64,000 bases of DNA from Octopus sinensis (GCF_006345805.1 NC_043007.1:65286001-65350000), one strand, 5' to 3'. Shown: positions 38,328 to 51,199, numbered from the stretch's first letter. Made by a program: numbers and translations. The notes: a model not told the origin generated them from the letters alone.

Positions 38328-38510
38328 GGAGGTGCAATGGCCCAATGGTTAGGGCAGCGGACTCGCGGTCGTAAGAACACGGTTTCGATTCCCAGACCGT
38401 GCATTGTGAGTGTTTATTGAGCAAAAACACCTAAGCTCCACGACTCTCCGGTGGGGTGAGGTGGGGGTGAACACCGCTGTACTCTTTCACCACAACTTTC
38501 TCTCACTCTA
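38328..38510 (+). mobile_element. tRNA-derived SINE, possibly Arg-like head
   Basis: A box tggcccaatggt, gactcgcgg loop, B-box-like gtttcgattccc, ttgagcaaaaacacc core. Confidence 0.75.
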
Positions 38511-38511
38511 A

Positions 38512-38717
38512 TGGTTTCAAATTTTGCCACAAGGGCAGCAGTTTGGGGGGAAGGGATAAGTCGATCACATCGACCCTACTGTTTATCTGGTACTTAATTT
38601 ATCGACCTCGGAAGGATGAAACGCAAAGTCGAACTGGGTGGAATTTAAACTCAGAACATAAAAAAGAACACAGATGAAATACCACTGAAATACCACGTGC
38701 TAACGATTCTGCCAGCA
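38512..38717 (-). mobile_element. SINE family B
   Basis: Full core and head. Confidence 0.85.
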
Positions 38718-38741
38718 TAATAATAATAACAATAATAATTT

Positions 38742-39150
38742 AGGCCAGATATAGTTGTCAGACATCATGAGGGAGAAAAATGCTTTCTAATTGATGTAAC
38801 AATACCAGCAGATGACAACGTGTCTCTAAAAGAAATGGAGAAACTTTCAAAATATAAGGTCCTGGAAATAGAGGTAACTCGAATGTGAGTTCTAAAATCA
38901 GAAACAATTCCTATCATAGTAGGTGCATTAGGTATGATAAAAACATATTCAGACAAATACATAGCAAAAACACCAGGATTTACAAATATCTATAAAATAC
39001 AGAAAATTGCACTACTGGGCACTGCACACTTCCTACGCAAAACACTATAAATACAGTAACCATCAGAGCATCACAACAAATCACAGCACATACCCAAGGC
39101 ACACAGAGCTGCGCTCGGTAGTGAAGCATGCTATAAAAATAAAACTACTG
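38742..39150 (+). mobile_element. R4/Dong-clade LINE, 5'-truncated 3' end (restriction-like endonuclease domain)
   Basis: RPDIVVR..CFLIDVTIPADDNVSLKEMEKLSKYK..PIIVGALG..IALLGTAHFLRKTL*; flanked by (TAA)n on both sides. Confidence 0.9.
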
Positions 39151-39169
39151 AATAATAATAATAATAATA

Positions 39170-39218
<49 letters not shown>

Positions 39219-39232
39219 GAAAAATAAAACTA

Positions 39233-39322
<90 letters not shown>
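39151..39322. repeat. (AAT)n microsatellite
   Basis: Seen directly. Confidence 0.97.
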
Positions 39323-39325
<3 letters not shown>

Positions 39326-39921
39326 CAGACAGTGGCTTTCATGGCTTCTAATACCAGACAGTGGCTTTCGTGGCTTCTAATACCAGACAGTGGCTTTCAT
39401 GGCTTCTGATCTTAACAGATTAGAAATGTTATCATGTACATTGTTTTGTCTTGGTATAAAAGATGGGCTACAGCAAATATTCTGCTCAATACCACATATT
39501 TGCTTGTCAGTTGTTTGACCTTAACCAGTTGAGCATGTCCCTTAGTGGCTGACGATATGTGCATCTCTGATCACGAGCAGAAGTAGTGGGGGAGCATCAT
39601 AGCCATTTGTTGAGAGGGATTCTTTGGGGTTTGAATAATTCACCTCTGGAAACATGGGTGTTTCATTCAACATCCTTAAACAACCCTTATTCAGTGACCT
39701 TTTGAGCAGGATGGGTTACTCGACCTGAGAAAATTCTAAGTGGGCCCCACCTGCAAGGTCATGTGCTGCTTATCTTGATATGAGATCACCATGTCGCGCA
39801 CATATGGTTGTGATGCATGTGCCTAGTGTACCCTTATCAGACGGGTAGTCATGATGGGTATACTGGGCTTCGTATATTTTACCCCAGTGTCATTTTGATG
39901 GCATGCACTGCTCTCTCACTC

Positions 39922-39964
<43 letters not shown>

Positions 39965-39965
39965 T
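39323..39965 (+). mobile_element. Unclassified non-coding retroposon with (AAT)n tail; 29-bp x3 repeat at its 5' end
   Basis: Lies between two (AAT)n tracts and ends ctctctcactc(aat)n; no ORF. Confidence 0.55.
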
Positions 39966-40544
39966 ATTAATAATTTTTATTTCTATGTTTGCTTAAATAT
40001 GCATACCTTCATAACATTGTTTCTTTGTGTTAAATATTTCGATTACGTGTTCGATATCTTCCCATAGTAAAACTTATTTAAAGTGCAATACTGGATCTTC
40101 AATCAGTTAAATATTTTGGGTGTCTTCGATTTCCATAGCGAACGTTATTGAAAGTAAAACACTGCAACACATATATCAGCACAAGCGTAATATTATTTAA
40201 TATGGTGATGATGTTGATGATAGTGATACCTTTATTAGCCAGGGTAGATTAAAAGGTGTCTAACGAAACTGTGACAAAACACATGAGGGTTTACATAGAT
40301 AATAAATTAAGGACGACACAAAAACATAATATGGGATATTAGAGGTGGGTTTAAAAATTACGTATGCAAAGGATATACATCTAGTCAAAAAGAGAAGCCA
40401 CTACCTCGGGGTAACACACGTCTCCAACAAACTTACTCAGCGGTGTTACCGGCTGAAAACTGGGTCTTCCGAATTTACCCTTAACTTCATAGAGGTTTTC
40501 CAGCATCCTGTTTGTATTCATTTCATTTTTCTCTCTTGTCATTT

Positions 40545-40745
40545 TCTTCTGTCCATCAATCTGGTCACCTTGCGGCCATACTGGGGTACCGCTTCGAAGG
40601 TTTTTGTCGAACAAATCGAGCCCAGGATTTTAAAAGCCTACTAGTTATTCTATCGGTTCCTTTTGCTTAACCTCTAATTTACGGTGACGTAAACACACCA
40701 ACACCGGTTGTCAAGCGGTAATAGGGTGGAAAAACACAGACACAC
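40545..40745 (-). mobile_element. SINE family A, 3' half
   Basis: gtcgaacaaatcga...ttattctatcgg...gacgtaaacacaccaacaccggttgtcaagc. Confidence 0.8.
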
Positions 40746-40794
40746 TCACTCAGCTACACACACACATGTATATCTATATCTATATCTATATCTA

Positions 40795-40831
<37 letters not shown>

Positions 40832-40832
40832 G

Positions 40833-40893
<61 letters not shown>

Positions 40894-40895
40894 AT
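40746..40895. repeat. (TATC)n microsatellite
   Basis: Seen directly. Confidence 0.96.
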
Positions 40896-41319
40896 CTCTT
40901 ATTATAAAAGGCAGATTTTATCTGCCTCCCTTTGGGAGTTATACAAATCTACAATATAGGATTTCTTCAATTACAATTTACCTACCATTTTTAAGAGTAC
41001 AATGCATCGCGTCATGCCAAAATTAAGCAAAATTTACAGAAAACTCACATTCTGGTGTGTGTGTCAAATGCTTTTCTTAGTCTGGTTTACACCACACGCA
41101 AACGCACACATACAGTGGGCAACGAATAAAGTGAAACTAGATGTAATATTTGTTTCTCTCTATCACGCTGATAGATACATGAGTAAAATGTATGGGAAGC
41201 TAACACTTAAGTGTGAGTGAAAATGTTCTTGGAAGAGAGTAAATAGCCAGAGATAGTGATTTGAGGAAGACTTTACATTAAATAACCGTAGTGGCTTGTG
41301 TTAGTAATAAAGTAAACAT

Positions 41320-41359
41320 ACACTCATACATACATACATACATACATACATACATACAT

Positions 41360-41392
<33 letters not shown>

Positions 41393-41630
41393 TACATACA
41401 TACACACACACATACATACATACACACATACATACATACATATACATACATACATATACATACATACATACACACACACACACATACACACACACACAGT
41501 ATTGAAGCTTTAGAACAATCAGATACATTTGCAACACATCTGTTGAAAATATTATTGTTCACACACATACATATACATATATACATACAGACAGACAGAC
41601 AGATAGACACACACACACACACACACACAC
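41320..41630. repeat. (CATA)n/(CA)n microsatellites
   Basis: Seen directly. Confidence 0.92.
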
Positions 41631-41779
41631 ATGATCCAGCATGGCCACAACCGAAAGGCTGAAACATAAAGAATAACAGAATATAAATGTGTGCATGTGT
41701 GTGAGAGAGAGAGTGTGTGTGTATATTGTATGTATGTATGTATGTATGTATGTATGTATATATAATAATAATGCGTTTT

Positions 41780-42200
41780 TTCAACAGCTTGAACTAAAAG
41801 TCAGAGGGGAATGGATAAAACTACTTATATTAACTTGCTATAAAAGCAGGTAGTAATTTTATCTTGTCTTATTCATAGTGCAAGTTTTGAAGAGTGCATT
41901 TCGATTTTAACAGCTATTTTTTTCAAAGCTATATTGGAACAGCCTAGAAGACGAGCCTCATCCTGAAAGATCTGTAGAACTCGACAAGGACATCCTGAAA
42001 ACCATGGTGGAACAAAATCTCATCGTAACTGTTGAGGAACTAGCAGAGAAGCTGGATTTGGTCATTCAACCATTCATTGAGACCTGTGTGCTATCGGAAA
42101 AGTCAGCAAATTGGGTCAATGGGTTCCTCACGAACTTTCCGAGTCTAATTGCATGCAGAGAGTGAATGTATGCTTTTCTTTGCTGTCACATCTCACCACT
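41780..42200 (+). pseudogene. Mariner transposase, N-terminal fragment
   Basis: LEDEPHPERSVELDKDILKTMVEQNLIVTVEELAEKL..GKVSKLGQWVPHELSE; WVPHEL is a mariner motif. Confidence 0.88.
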
Positions 42201-42215
42201 ACTGCGCTATGTATA

Positions 42216-42848
42216 TCTATATATATAAAACTGTAGTTGTGTGAGTGTCTGTCCCCTTCGATTTAGATTCCTAACTACTCCCACATTTTGCGGTTGCAGT
42301 TTAACCAAAGGTCGGTAGCTTATAGTCGTGATTCATATCGAGCCGTCTGAGTATTAGCGCACGTCTACGATGAGTCTACGATTTAAAAATAACTTAACAT
42401 CATTTTTTATTCCATTTTAATGCATAATTTTTCGTGTGTCGATGGCGGCGGAGTTGGCGTCCACGCTCACACCTGCACCTGTGGGGAAGGGAGTGTAAGG
42501 AAATCAACGTCGTTAATGCGTTGCCAAGGAGACCAGCGTTCTTTTAGAAACAACGACTTCATGGCTTGAAGACACCAAAAACAGAAATGGCTAAGAAAGC
42601 GTCTACATGAGTCTACGATTTAAAAAAAAATTTACCATCGTTTTTTTTCCATTTTAATGCATTTTTTCGCTATTATATAAGGAAGTAACTCACTAAAAAT
42701 GTCTACGATGAGTCAACGATTTTTAAAAAGTTTACCATCATATTTTTTCCATTTTAATGCTTTTTTGCTATTTTTGGCTATAACTCTCTGAAAATGCTTA
42801 TATAGTTATTTCCCTTACAAACCGAGCAACGCCGGGCGATACTGCTAG
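42216..42848 (+). mobile_element. Non-autonomous Helitron
   Basis: A^TCTATATATATAAAA 5' end; 3' ccgagcaacgccgggcgatactgCTAG^T; internal gtctacgatgagtc.acgattt unit in three copies. Confidence 0.88.
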
Positions 42849-42890
42849 TATATATATTAATATATTTATATATATATATATATTAATTAT

Positions 42891-43248
42891 TTAACATTAA
42901 GGACAACTTCTTAATAAGGAATCTTAACAAGAAATTATCAGGTAGATAGCGTGAAGACCTCATAAGAGAAAAAATTTCGAAAATAATTCTTCTTATTGAA
43001 CATATTAATTTATATATAGAGGGCAATTATTATACATACATGTCACACGCTACGAGGGACAATTAGTCATTTCTCTACCAAAAATTTTACTTCTCATATC
43101 CAATGCAATTTTTTCAAAGCAAGACATTTAAAAAATGTCTTGCTTTGAAAAAATTGCATTGGATATGATAAGTAAAATTTTTGGTAGAAATGACTAATTG
43201 TCCCTCGTAGCGTGTGGCATGTATGTATAATAATGCCCTCTATATATA
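42891..43248. mobile_element. Fold-back copy of the 479-bp hammerhead family
   Basis: Arms 43011-43129 and 43133-43248 differ at about 4 sites; homologous to 56228-57592; (TA)n on both sides. Confidence 0.88.
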
Positions 43249-43281
43249 ATATATATATATAATATTATATATATATATTAT

Positions 43282-43329
<48 letters not shown>

Positions 43330-43340
43330 ATATATATATA

Positions 43341-44321
43341 ATGAAGAAGCAGACCGAACTCAACTCCAGTCTGATCTATATGCTGTGAGTCAATGGGCAG
43401 ACAAACAAAATGCAACTGAATGAGGGAAAATTTGAGCTGATGCATTTTGGAAGAAATTCCTCACTAAAACAACCATACTCTCTTCCTTCAGGGGAACCGC
43501 TCACAGCCTCTAACAATATGAGAGACCTGGGTGTAATTGTTGATGACGATCTCAGTTGGAGTGCACACATCAACAAGAAGGTTGATATAGCTCGTAGGAT
43601 GAGTTCCTGGATCTTAAGAACTTTCCGGTCCAGAGAACAAGGTGTCATCATACCACTTTTTTCCTCCTTTGTACGGCCACACCTTGAATACTGCTGCCCA
43701 CTGTGGTCTCCTCACACAAGACAAAACATCTCCAGAATTGAGTCACCCCAGAGGGCTCTCACTAAACAAATTGAAGGCATGGCTGCTCTCGATTATTGGG
43801 ATCGCCTTAAAACCTTGAAACTTTACTCCCTCCAGCGTCGCCGTGAGCGGTACATCATTTGTACGATGTGGAATATATACCGCCAACTTTGCCCAAACGA
43901 CCTAAACATTAGCTTCAAGGTCCATCCAAGACTTGGACCACGGGCTATACGTCCCCTGCCAAATTCAAGATCACAACATACATGTACACTGCAACATAAT
44001 TTCTTTTCCTCAACAGGCCCTGCCCTATTTAACATTGTCCCGAGAGAGATCAAAGAGGAAAAGGATCCCATCAACTTTAAACAGAGTCTGGATAGATTCC
44101 TTCAAAGAATACCAGATAAGCCACCCATAATTGGTAACAACTCACCCAACAAGAACTCACTACTTGAACAAAACTGGATACAACTCACCCAACAAGAACT
44201 CAATACTTGAACAAAACTTGACTTAAACAGGATTCGAATAATCCTATCAGGTGGTGCTATTAAGTTAGACATGGCCTGGACCAATCTCTGGTCGAAACAT
44301 ATCTAAGTTTTATCTAAGTTT
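43341..44321 (+). mobile_element. CR1-clade LINE, 5'-truncated
   Basis: Uninterrupted ORF2 C-terminus, 3' UTR and short tandem tail (atctaagttt)x2; flanked by (TA)n. Confidence 0.92.
43410..44210 (+). CDS. CR1-type ORF2, C-terminal fragment downstream of the RT core
   Basis: RDLGVIVDDDLSWSAHI, FVRPHLEYCCPLWSPH, LKLYSLQRRRER; 266 codons open. Truncated, so not a functional gene. Confidence 0.85.
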   Translation: MQLNEGKFELMHFGRNSSLKQPYSLPSGEPLTASNNMRDLGVIVDDDLSWSAHINKKVDIARRMSSWILRTFRSREQGVIIPLFSSFVRPHLEYCCPLWSPHTRQNISRIESPQRALTKQIEGMAALDYWDRLKTLKLYSLQRRRERYIICTMWNIYRQLCPNDLNISFKVHPRLGPRAIRPLPNSRSQHTCTLQHNFFSSTGPALFNIVPREIKEEKDPINFKQSLDRFLQRIPDKPPIIGNNSPNKNSLLEQNWIQLTQQELNT

Positions 44322-44327
44322 ATATAT

Positions 44328-44400
<73 letters not shown>

Positions 44401-44424
44401 TATACATGCATATATACATACAGT

Positions 44425-44560
44425 AGCCATCTATCAAATCCACTCACAAGACTTTGGTCGGCCTGAGGCCATAGTAGGAGACACTCGCCCAAGGTGCCAC
44501 GCTGAACACGGACCATATGGTTGGGAAGCAAGCTTCTTACCACACACCCACACCTGCGCA
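44425..44560 (-). mobile_element. SINE family A, 5' half
   Basis: aaatccactcacaagactttggtcggcctgaggc...cttaccacac. Confidence 0.82.
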
Positions 44561-44616
44561 AGCATGCAAACATACATACATTTTTTTGTATATGAGAGTA
44601 TATATTTATATCCATA

Positions 44617-44833
44617 AGGCGGCGAGCTGGCAGAAACGTTAGCACGCCGGGCGAAATGCGTAGCCGTATTTCATCTGCCACTACGTTCCGCCGAGGTCGA
44701 CTTTGTCTTTCATCCTTTCGGGGTCGATAAATTAAGTACCAGTTAAGCACTGAGGTCAATGTAATCGACTTAATCCCTTTGTCTGTCCTTGTTTTTCCCC
44801 TCTGTGTTTAGCCCCTTGTGGGTAATAAAGAAA
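44617..44833 (+). mobile_element. SINE family B
   Basis: ggcggcgagctggcagaaacgttagcacgccgggcg head with core; B box deleted. Confidence 0.9.
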
Positions 44834-45459
44834 CATATATATTTATATCTATCTGTGTGCGTGTGTGTGTGTGCGTGCGTGTGTGTGTGTGTGTTACTTT
44901 TTGATATGAAAGAATATGAATTTTATTATGTTGCTATGTTGCCAAGTGCACCCGATGCAATACTAGACAGCTTCTGTATATTTACTAGAACTGCTGTTTA
45001 AAATGGCAACCATATCTCCAGAAAATAATTAATTCCCTGCCACCTTTCAGGAAAAAAAGGGTCTCGTGTTTAAAGTATCTGTTCAGTAGGACAACATGAC
45101 CTCACCCCCATAATAAAGCCGAAGTAATCACGTCTAACAACACCGATCGAATGTTTCCCTTCGATCGTTTCACTATGCATTTCATGACATAATTCTGTAC
45201 AGACGGAGTTCATTGGAATAGAGATGGTGAGTGAATGGGTATACGAGTATAGTTACATACGTGCGCGGATGAGTGTGTGCATATGTACGAGCCTCTGTAT
45301 GTGTGTGTGTGTGTGTATTCTTCTGCGGATGGTTGAGAGAGAGAGAGAGAGGAGTGAGTGAAAGGGAGAGAGAGAGAGAGAGGTATTGGAGGGGAAACGG
45401 GAATCGTTAAAATAACCAGCTCATCTACTAGAAACATCACTACCACCTGTTCTATGAGC

Positions 45460-45474
45460 ATAACCCATCACCAT

Positions 45475-45506
<32 letters not shown>

Positions 45507-45957
45507 TTACTACTGCTACTACCACCACCACTACCACTACTACCACCACCACCACTACTGCCACTACCACTACTACCACCACCACCGCCACCGCTGTCGC
45601 CGACACCACCACCGCCGCCACTACCACCATCTCCACCACCACCACCACCACCACCACCACTACCACTGCCACCGTCACCACCACCAACGACACCACCATC
45701 ATTACCGCCACCACCTCTGTCACCACCGTCATTATTATCAGCGTTATCATTATCTCCATTCCCTTCATCACCAACACAACTAACATCATCATAATCATCA
45801 TCCTCATCATAAAAAACACGTCACCCGCTCCACCGCCTTTAACACCACCGTCACCACCACTGTCATCATGATCATCATCATCGCCATTAGCAGCAGCAAC
45901 AGCAGTGCCATCATCATCATCATCATCATCTTTCGTCATCGTCTTTCATCATCCTCT

Positions 45958-46012
<55 letters not shown>

Positions 46013-46085
46013 ACATCATCATCATCGCCACTACCACAAACAACAGCAATAACGACCTTAAAAACAACAACAACAACAAAAAAAG
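45460..46085. repeat. Trinucleotide arrays (ACT)n/(ACC)n/(ATC)n/(AAC)n
   Basis: Seen directly. Confidence 0.95.
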
Positions 46086-46379
46086 CATAAAGAAAATATA
46101 TAAACCGAAATTTTTATTGATCGATACCAAGAGACATGGCTTTGATCCAGAATCCGTCCACGTGCATATAGAAACGAAAACCAAAAGGCCAAGAAAAACA
46201 AAGACAAAAGAACAAATGCGATCATGTGATGGAGACCGTCAAAACGGCTTCATATCCTCCATTTTTATCTCCGTCTCCTCGCCTCTCTTTTCCTCTTGCA
46301 CTCTCGCACACGCCCTCTATCGTTCTGATACTCTGCCTCTCTTTCTCTCCTTCTCATTTTTTCCTACACAACGTATGTA

Positions 46380-46803
46380 TTATGTATATATATTTATCGA
46401 TTTATATACTTGAGTGTGTGTGTGTGTGTATTTATCGATATATATTGATACACACACATAGCTCGATAATGATATACATATATAAATGTGTGTGTGTGTG
46501 CGTATCCGTATGTATGTTTGTATGTACGAATGTATGTACGAGTGCGTGTGTGTATGTATGTATATACGTATGTATGTATGTACGGTTATATACCACACCG
46601 TAATTTCTAAGATAGTAATGAAAACAAACACAATTAATTATTTACAACTTTCTCTAACGGAAATGCCAAATAGTCACAGATGACACTTTACACAGATATA
46701 GGTACATATATGTATGTGTTTGTGACTCTGTGTGTGTGTGTGTGTATGTTTGTGCGTGCGCTTGTATGTATATATGTATGTACATATATAACTACGTATG
46801 TAT

Positions 46804-46840
<37 letters not shown>

Positions 46841-46855
46841 GAGAGAGAGAGAGAA

Positions 46856-46924
<69 letters not shown>

Positions 46925-46976
46925 CAGATAAGTAGATAGATAGATAGATAGATAGATAGCTAGCTAGCTAGCTAGC

Positions 46977-47049
<73 letters not shown>

Positions 47050-47050
47050 G
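46380..47050. repeat. Compound (TG)/(TA)/(GATA)n/(GCTA)n microsatellites
   Basis: Seen directly. Confidence 0.9.
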
Positions 47051-47619
47051 GAGAGTAAGTAAAGGACCGTTAGGGATAAATACATGAAAAGGAAAAAATA
47101 AAGTGAGGAAGACTGTCATATAGGATAAGAAAGAGAGACAGCCAGATAGACTGTGGGACGATATTACACTCTTCTTGTTTCTGCTCAAGTGCAACACTTG
47201 CATTCTATGGTTTCTCTCGGTATATCTTAGGTTGGCTTAGGTCGACATTGGTTGAGTCAATTCGCGGTGCTAAAGGCCAGACATACCGAAACGTACAAAC
47301 TATGGAAGCATACAGATTCACTCTACTAACTCGATTCACACTACCACACTTAACACACATGCATATTAGTACACAATAACACACACTGGACGTGCGCATA
47401 CGTTTTGATATAAAGTGTAATACAAAGCTCTTATTTCAGCACAGTTCCCTTAGTTTCGTCATTATTACTAAATGCATAACATCAACACATAAATGTGCTG
47501 AAGAACGGAATATTCCATACATAGAGGGTTTGATCGCCGAATAGACCCGCGCTTAGCTTCTTTGTTTATTTTTTTATTTTGATCCTAAATGAGATCCATC
47601 TCAACAAACTCCACTCGAA

Positions 47620-48790
47620 ACCTGAAATAAAAGCTAAAAGCTAAAATCCACACTCCCATTCATGCAAATTGTGCATGTCAAAGAAAACGAGAAGCCTCCA
47701 TTATTCTTCAGGATTTCCTTTTTGCAAATCTAAACAAGACTTTTTTCAATGGTTTTTGACAATCTGTTCCTGTACACAATCTAATTAATGATCTACCTAG
47801 GATCTTCAGGCCACCACGAGCATCCCTTCCGTGCGTCCATGTGTGCCTCAACGTACTCATGACATTCATAAAAAAAAACGTGCTATTATAGTATCATATA
47901 TAATGATGGAAGACTTCAACTTCTCTTATGAGGATTGTGGTTCGCAAATACTTTGAAGCCAAATGATTTCAAACCCCAAGGAAGCAGCAATGGAGAATTA
48001 CCCGTAAGTGTTCTGGAGGAATGCGAACACTAATTTACATTTTCGCTAGGAGATCTCTAAAGAAATTAGCTTATACACCAGGACATTTTCTATTTCAATC
48101 GGTCAAAACCATTTTCAAGCAGGGTAGGAAAAAATCGCGGTAAACTAAAGACGTTTCTCTCGTTCCATAGTTTTATGTCTTGTAGTATTTGAGAGGTGGT
48201 GAGATTTAGAATAACATACTTCCTGGAGAGCAACAATTTATTGAAAAACAGTAGATCTTTCGATGTAGCAGAGATTACTGTTTATGTCTAGCATTAATAT
48301 TATTTTGGGAAGAGGTACTTTCAACAATTATCAATTTCTTTAGAGCAGAACGTTAGTCTCAGAAACTGTTAATTCATCAAAGTTTCATAAAACTCCAATC
48401 TCATGATTGAATATTGAATTATCAACATTCATCGTTTGTATATCAAACATCAATAATTACTTCTTACATTGTACAATAACAATCTCAATATAGTTATCTT
48501 ACCAGCTTCTATTAATGCAGAAAACTTTCTAAAAATTCCAATGATTACTCTATTAAGCTGTTAGCGTCAATGATCTAACATTGGAATTCGTGGAAAATAA
48601 CTGCACTGGATTGCATTCCCAAGTAGGCAACGGAAACGCAGGAAAAATCATTAGCATTGCTCCCCAAGGTACTGTGTTGGGCCCACTTCTTTTAATAACT
48701 TAAATAAATGACATCGCAAATGTCATAAAAATACAGAAAAATAAAAGTGCTTAGAGACGACTCGCCTTCAGAAAACTATCAATGGAGCTG
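47620..48790 (+). mobile_element. Highly decayed CR1-group LINE with APE and RT remnants
   Basis: MEDFNFS (compare GDFN) near 47905; PQGTVLGPLLL...INDI near 48662-48720. Confidence 0.6.
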
Positions 48791-49013
48791 GTTAAAATTT
48801 CAGTCTCACTTACACACCGTAATTTCATAGGCGAAGAAAAAGAATCTGAGACTGAACAAGAAAATATTAGAGTTCATCCACATTGGAAAAGAGGACGCGT
48901 TTAACCGAATATGTTCTCTTTTCTCAGGAGACCTTTCACATGGTGATTAAAATATGATTCACACACACATGCACGCGCACGCACACACATCCATTCATGC
49001 ATATTTGCATATA

Positions 49014-49619
49014 CAGCCGTCCTCAAAATTATTCATAACCTTGTTAATTTTTGTGATGAAATGAATGCATTTTATCAAGCCGAAGAAGACTGTGTCCACC
49101 GTCAAGCCTGATAGTGGAAACATGTGATGGGGATGCTTCTCTTCCAGTGGCACAAGGAACCTTGTCAAAGTCCAAGGAATCACGAGAAAGGAGGATTATG
49201 TCAGGATCCTTGAGAACGTGAAGGATTCCACTGTGAAATTCCAACTCGGCCACAGCTGGAAGTATCAGCAGGAAAATTATCCAAAACATACCGTCAAGGT
49301 AGTGAAGAAATGGTTCAAGGACAATGATATCAACTTCCTAGAATGGCCAAGTCAGAGTCCTGACCAGAATCCGATCGAGGACTTGTAGTGAGATATGAAA
49401 ACCAGAACGATGGCTAACAAACCGACCAACGTAACCCAGCTTAAGGCTTTCGCCAAGGAAGAGTTGACCAACAACCCACAGGAAACATGCAGGAAGCTTG
49501 TGGACACGTACAAGAATCGTCTTGAAGCAGTCATAAAAAACGAAGGTTATGCTATTGACTATTGAAAGAAGATATTGGACTTAGTAAACCTAGGGTTTGA
49601 ATAATTTTGAGGATGACTG
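49014..49619 (+). mobile_element. Internally deleted Tc1 element with both TIRs
   Basis: TA-CAGCCGTCCTCAAAATTATTCA...TGAATAATTTTGAGGATGACTG-TA; WGCFSSSG, QQENYPKH, EWPSQSPDQNPIE. Confidence 0.93.
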
Positions 49620-49623
49620 TATA

Positions 49624-49663
<40 letters not shown>

Positions 49664-49752
49664 GCGCGCATGTGTGTGTGTGTGTACATACATACACACA
49701 TGTCTCTCTCTCTCTCTATATATATATATATTTATATATATTTATATATATA

Positions 49753-51121
49753 TCAGGTAATTAAGAATGAAATGTCCGATTTTCTTATGGACCTGTCGTT
49801 AACTCAAATATCCTGACAATTCTTCGTTTTACGACATTGAAGAGTTACATCATCACTTTTTGAAATGCAATTCATGGTGTCTGATTATATTGTGAGTTTT
49901 CTTATAAATTAAGTACCAGTTACGCACTGGGGTCGATGTAATCGACTTAAACCGTTTGCCTGTTCTTGTTTGTCCCCTCTCTGTTTATCCCCTTGAGGGT
50001 AGTAAAGAAATATATATTGTGAGTTTTCTCTTGTAAATCAATATTTATGAACCCATGAAGAGATAAAAAATTTGTGTTGTTTATGAATATGAGTTCTGTC
50101 GTGGAACCAATGCATCCCAATCAGCTCAAAACATCAACGAGGTGTTTGGTGAAGATTTGGAGAATGGGCGCATTGTACGTCGATAGTTTGTGAAGTTCCG
50201 GTCTAGTGACTTTACTCTTGAAAATTATCCCCGTGGTAGACCTGAGACCAAGGTGGATAATGATGAACTGGAAACTGTACTGGAGCGGGTACATCTCAAA
50301 CTACTCAAGTTAGCTGCAAGGTTTGATATTTCGATTCCAACTGTACTGGACCATCTGAAACAAATCAGCAAAGTAAAGAAGCTGGACAAGTGGGTACCAC
50401 AGAAACTGAACGAGCATCAAATGACACGGCGTCTTGAAATTTGCTGTTCTTTGCTGTCACGGCATAAAAGCGAACCATTTTTGCATCGTATTGTTATGTG
50501 TGATGAAAAATGGATTCTTTTCAATAATAGCAAGCTTTCTGAACGGTGTTTGGATAGAGACGAAGTGTCAAAACACAATCCAAAAGTGAATATTCACCAA
50601 AAAAAAAAAAAAAAAAGCTAATGGTGTCCATTTGGTGGTCCAGCGATAGTATAATCCACTACAGCTTAATGAGACTTGGTAAGTCGATTACAACGGATGT
50701 ATGCATCATCTAACTGGATGATTAGTCAATAGAGACAGGTCAATTATCTTGCAAGACAATGCACGAACACATGTTGCACAAAGAACACTACTCAAGTTAC
50801 AGGAACTGAGCTTGGAAGTACTCTGTCATCCACCATATCCACCAGACTTGGCACTGACTATCACGTTTTCCAGGCACTAGATAGCTTTGCGCAAGGAAAA
50901 AAACTTCAAATGTGAAGAAGATGCAAAAACAGCCTTTCGTGATTTCATCACCTCTTCCTCTCCAGAATTCTTCGCTACCGACATAAATAAGCTACCGATA
51001 AAATGGCAAAGTGATGTTGGTAATTTAGGAGCATACTTTGATTAACGACGTCGGTTTTTGCTGAGATAAAGTAAGATAAACTTCCAGTTCAAAATCGGAT
51101 ATTTCATTCTTAATAACCTGA
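49753..51121 (+). mobile_element. Full-span mariner (DD34D) element with decayed transposase
   Basis: TA-flanked TIRs tcaggtaattaagaatgaaatgtccgattt and aaatcggatatttcattcttaataacctga; KLDKWVPQKL, IVMCDEKWI, LQDNARTH, HPPYPPDLA. Confidence 0.93.
49903..50012 (+). mobile_element. 5'-truncated SINE family B with 17-bp TSD, nested in the mariner
   Basis: TSD tatattgtgagttttct at 49886-49902 and 50013-50029. Confidence 0.88.
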
Positions 51122-51165
51122 TACACACACGCGCACACACACACACACACACACATACACACACA

Positions 51166-51199
<34 letters not shown>

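Noticed and set aside
45358-46413. His-, Tyr-, Ile- and Met-rich ORFs
   Set aside because: They are pure trinucleotide arrays open in several frames on both strands.
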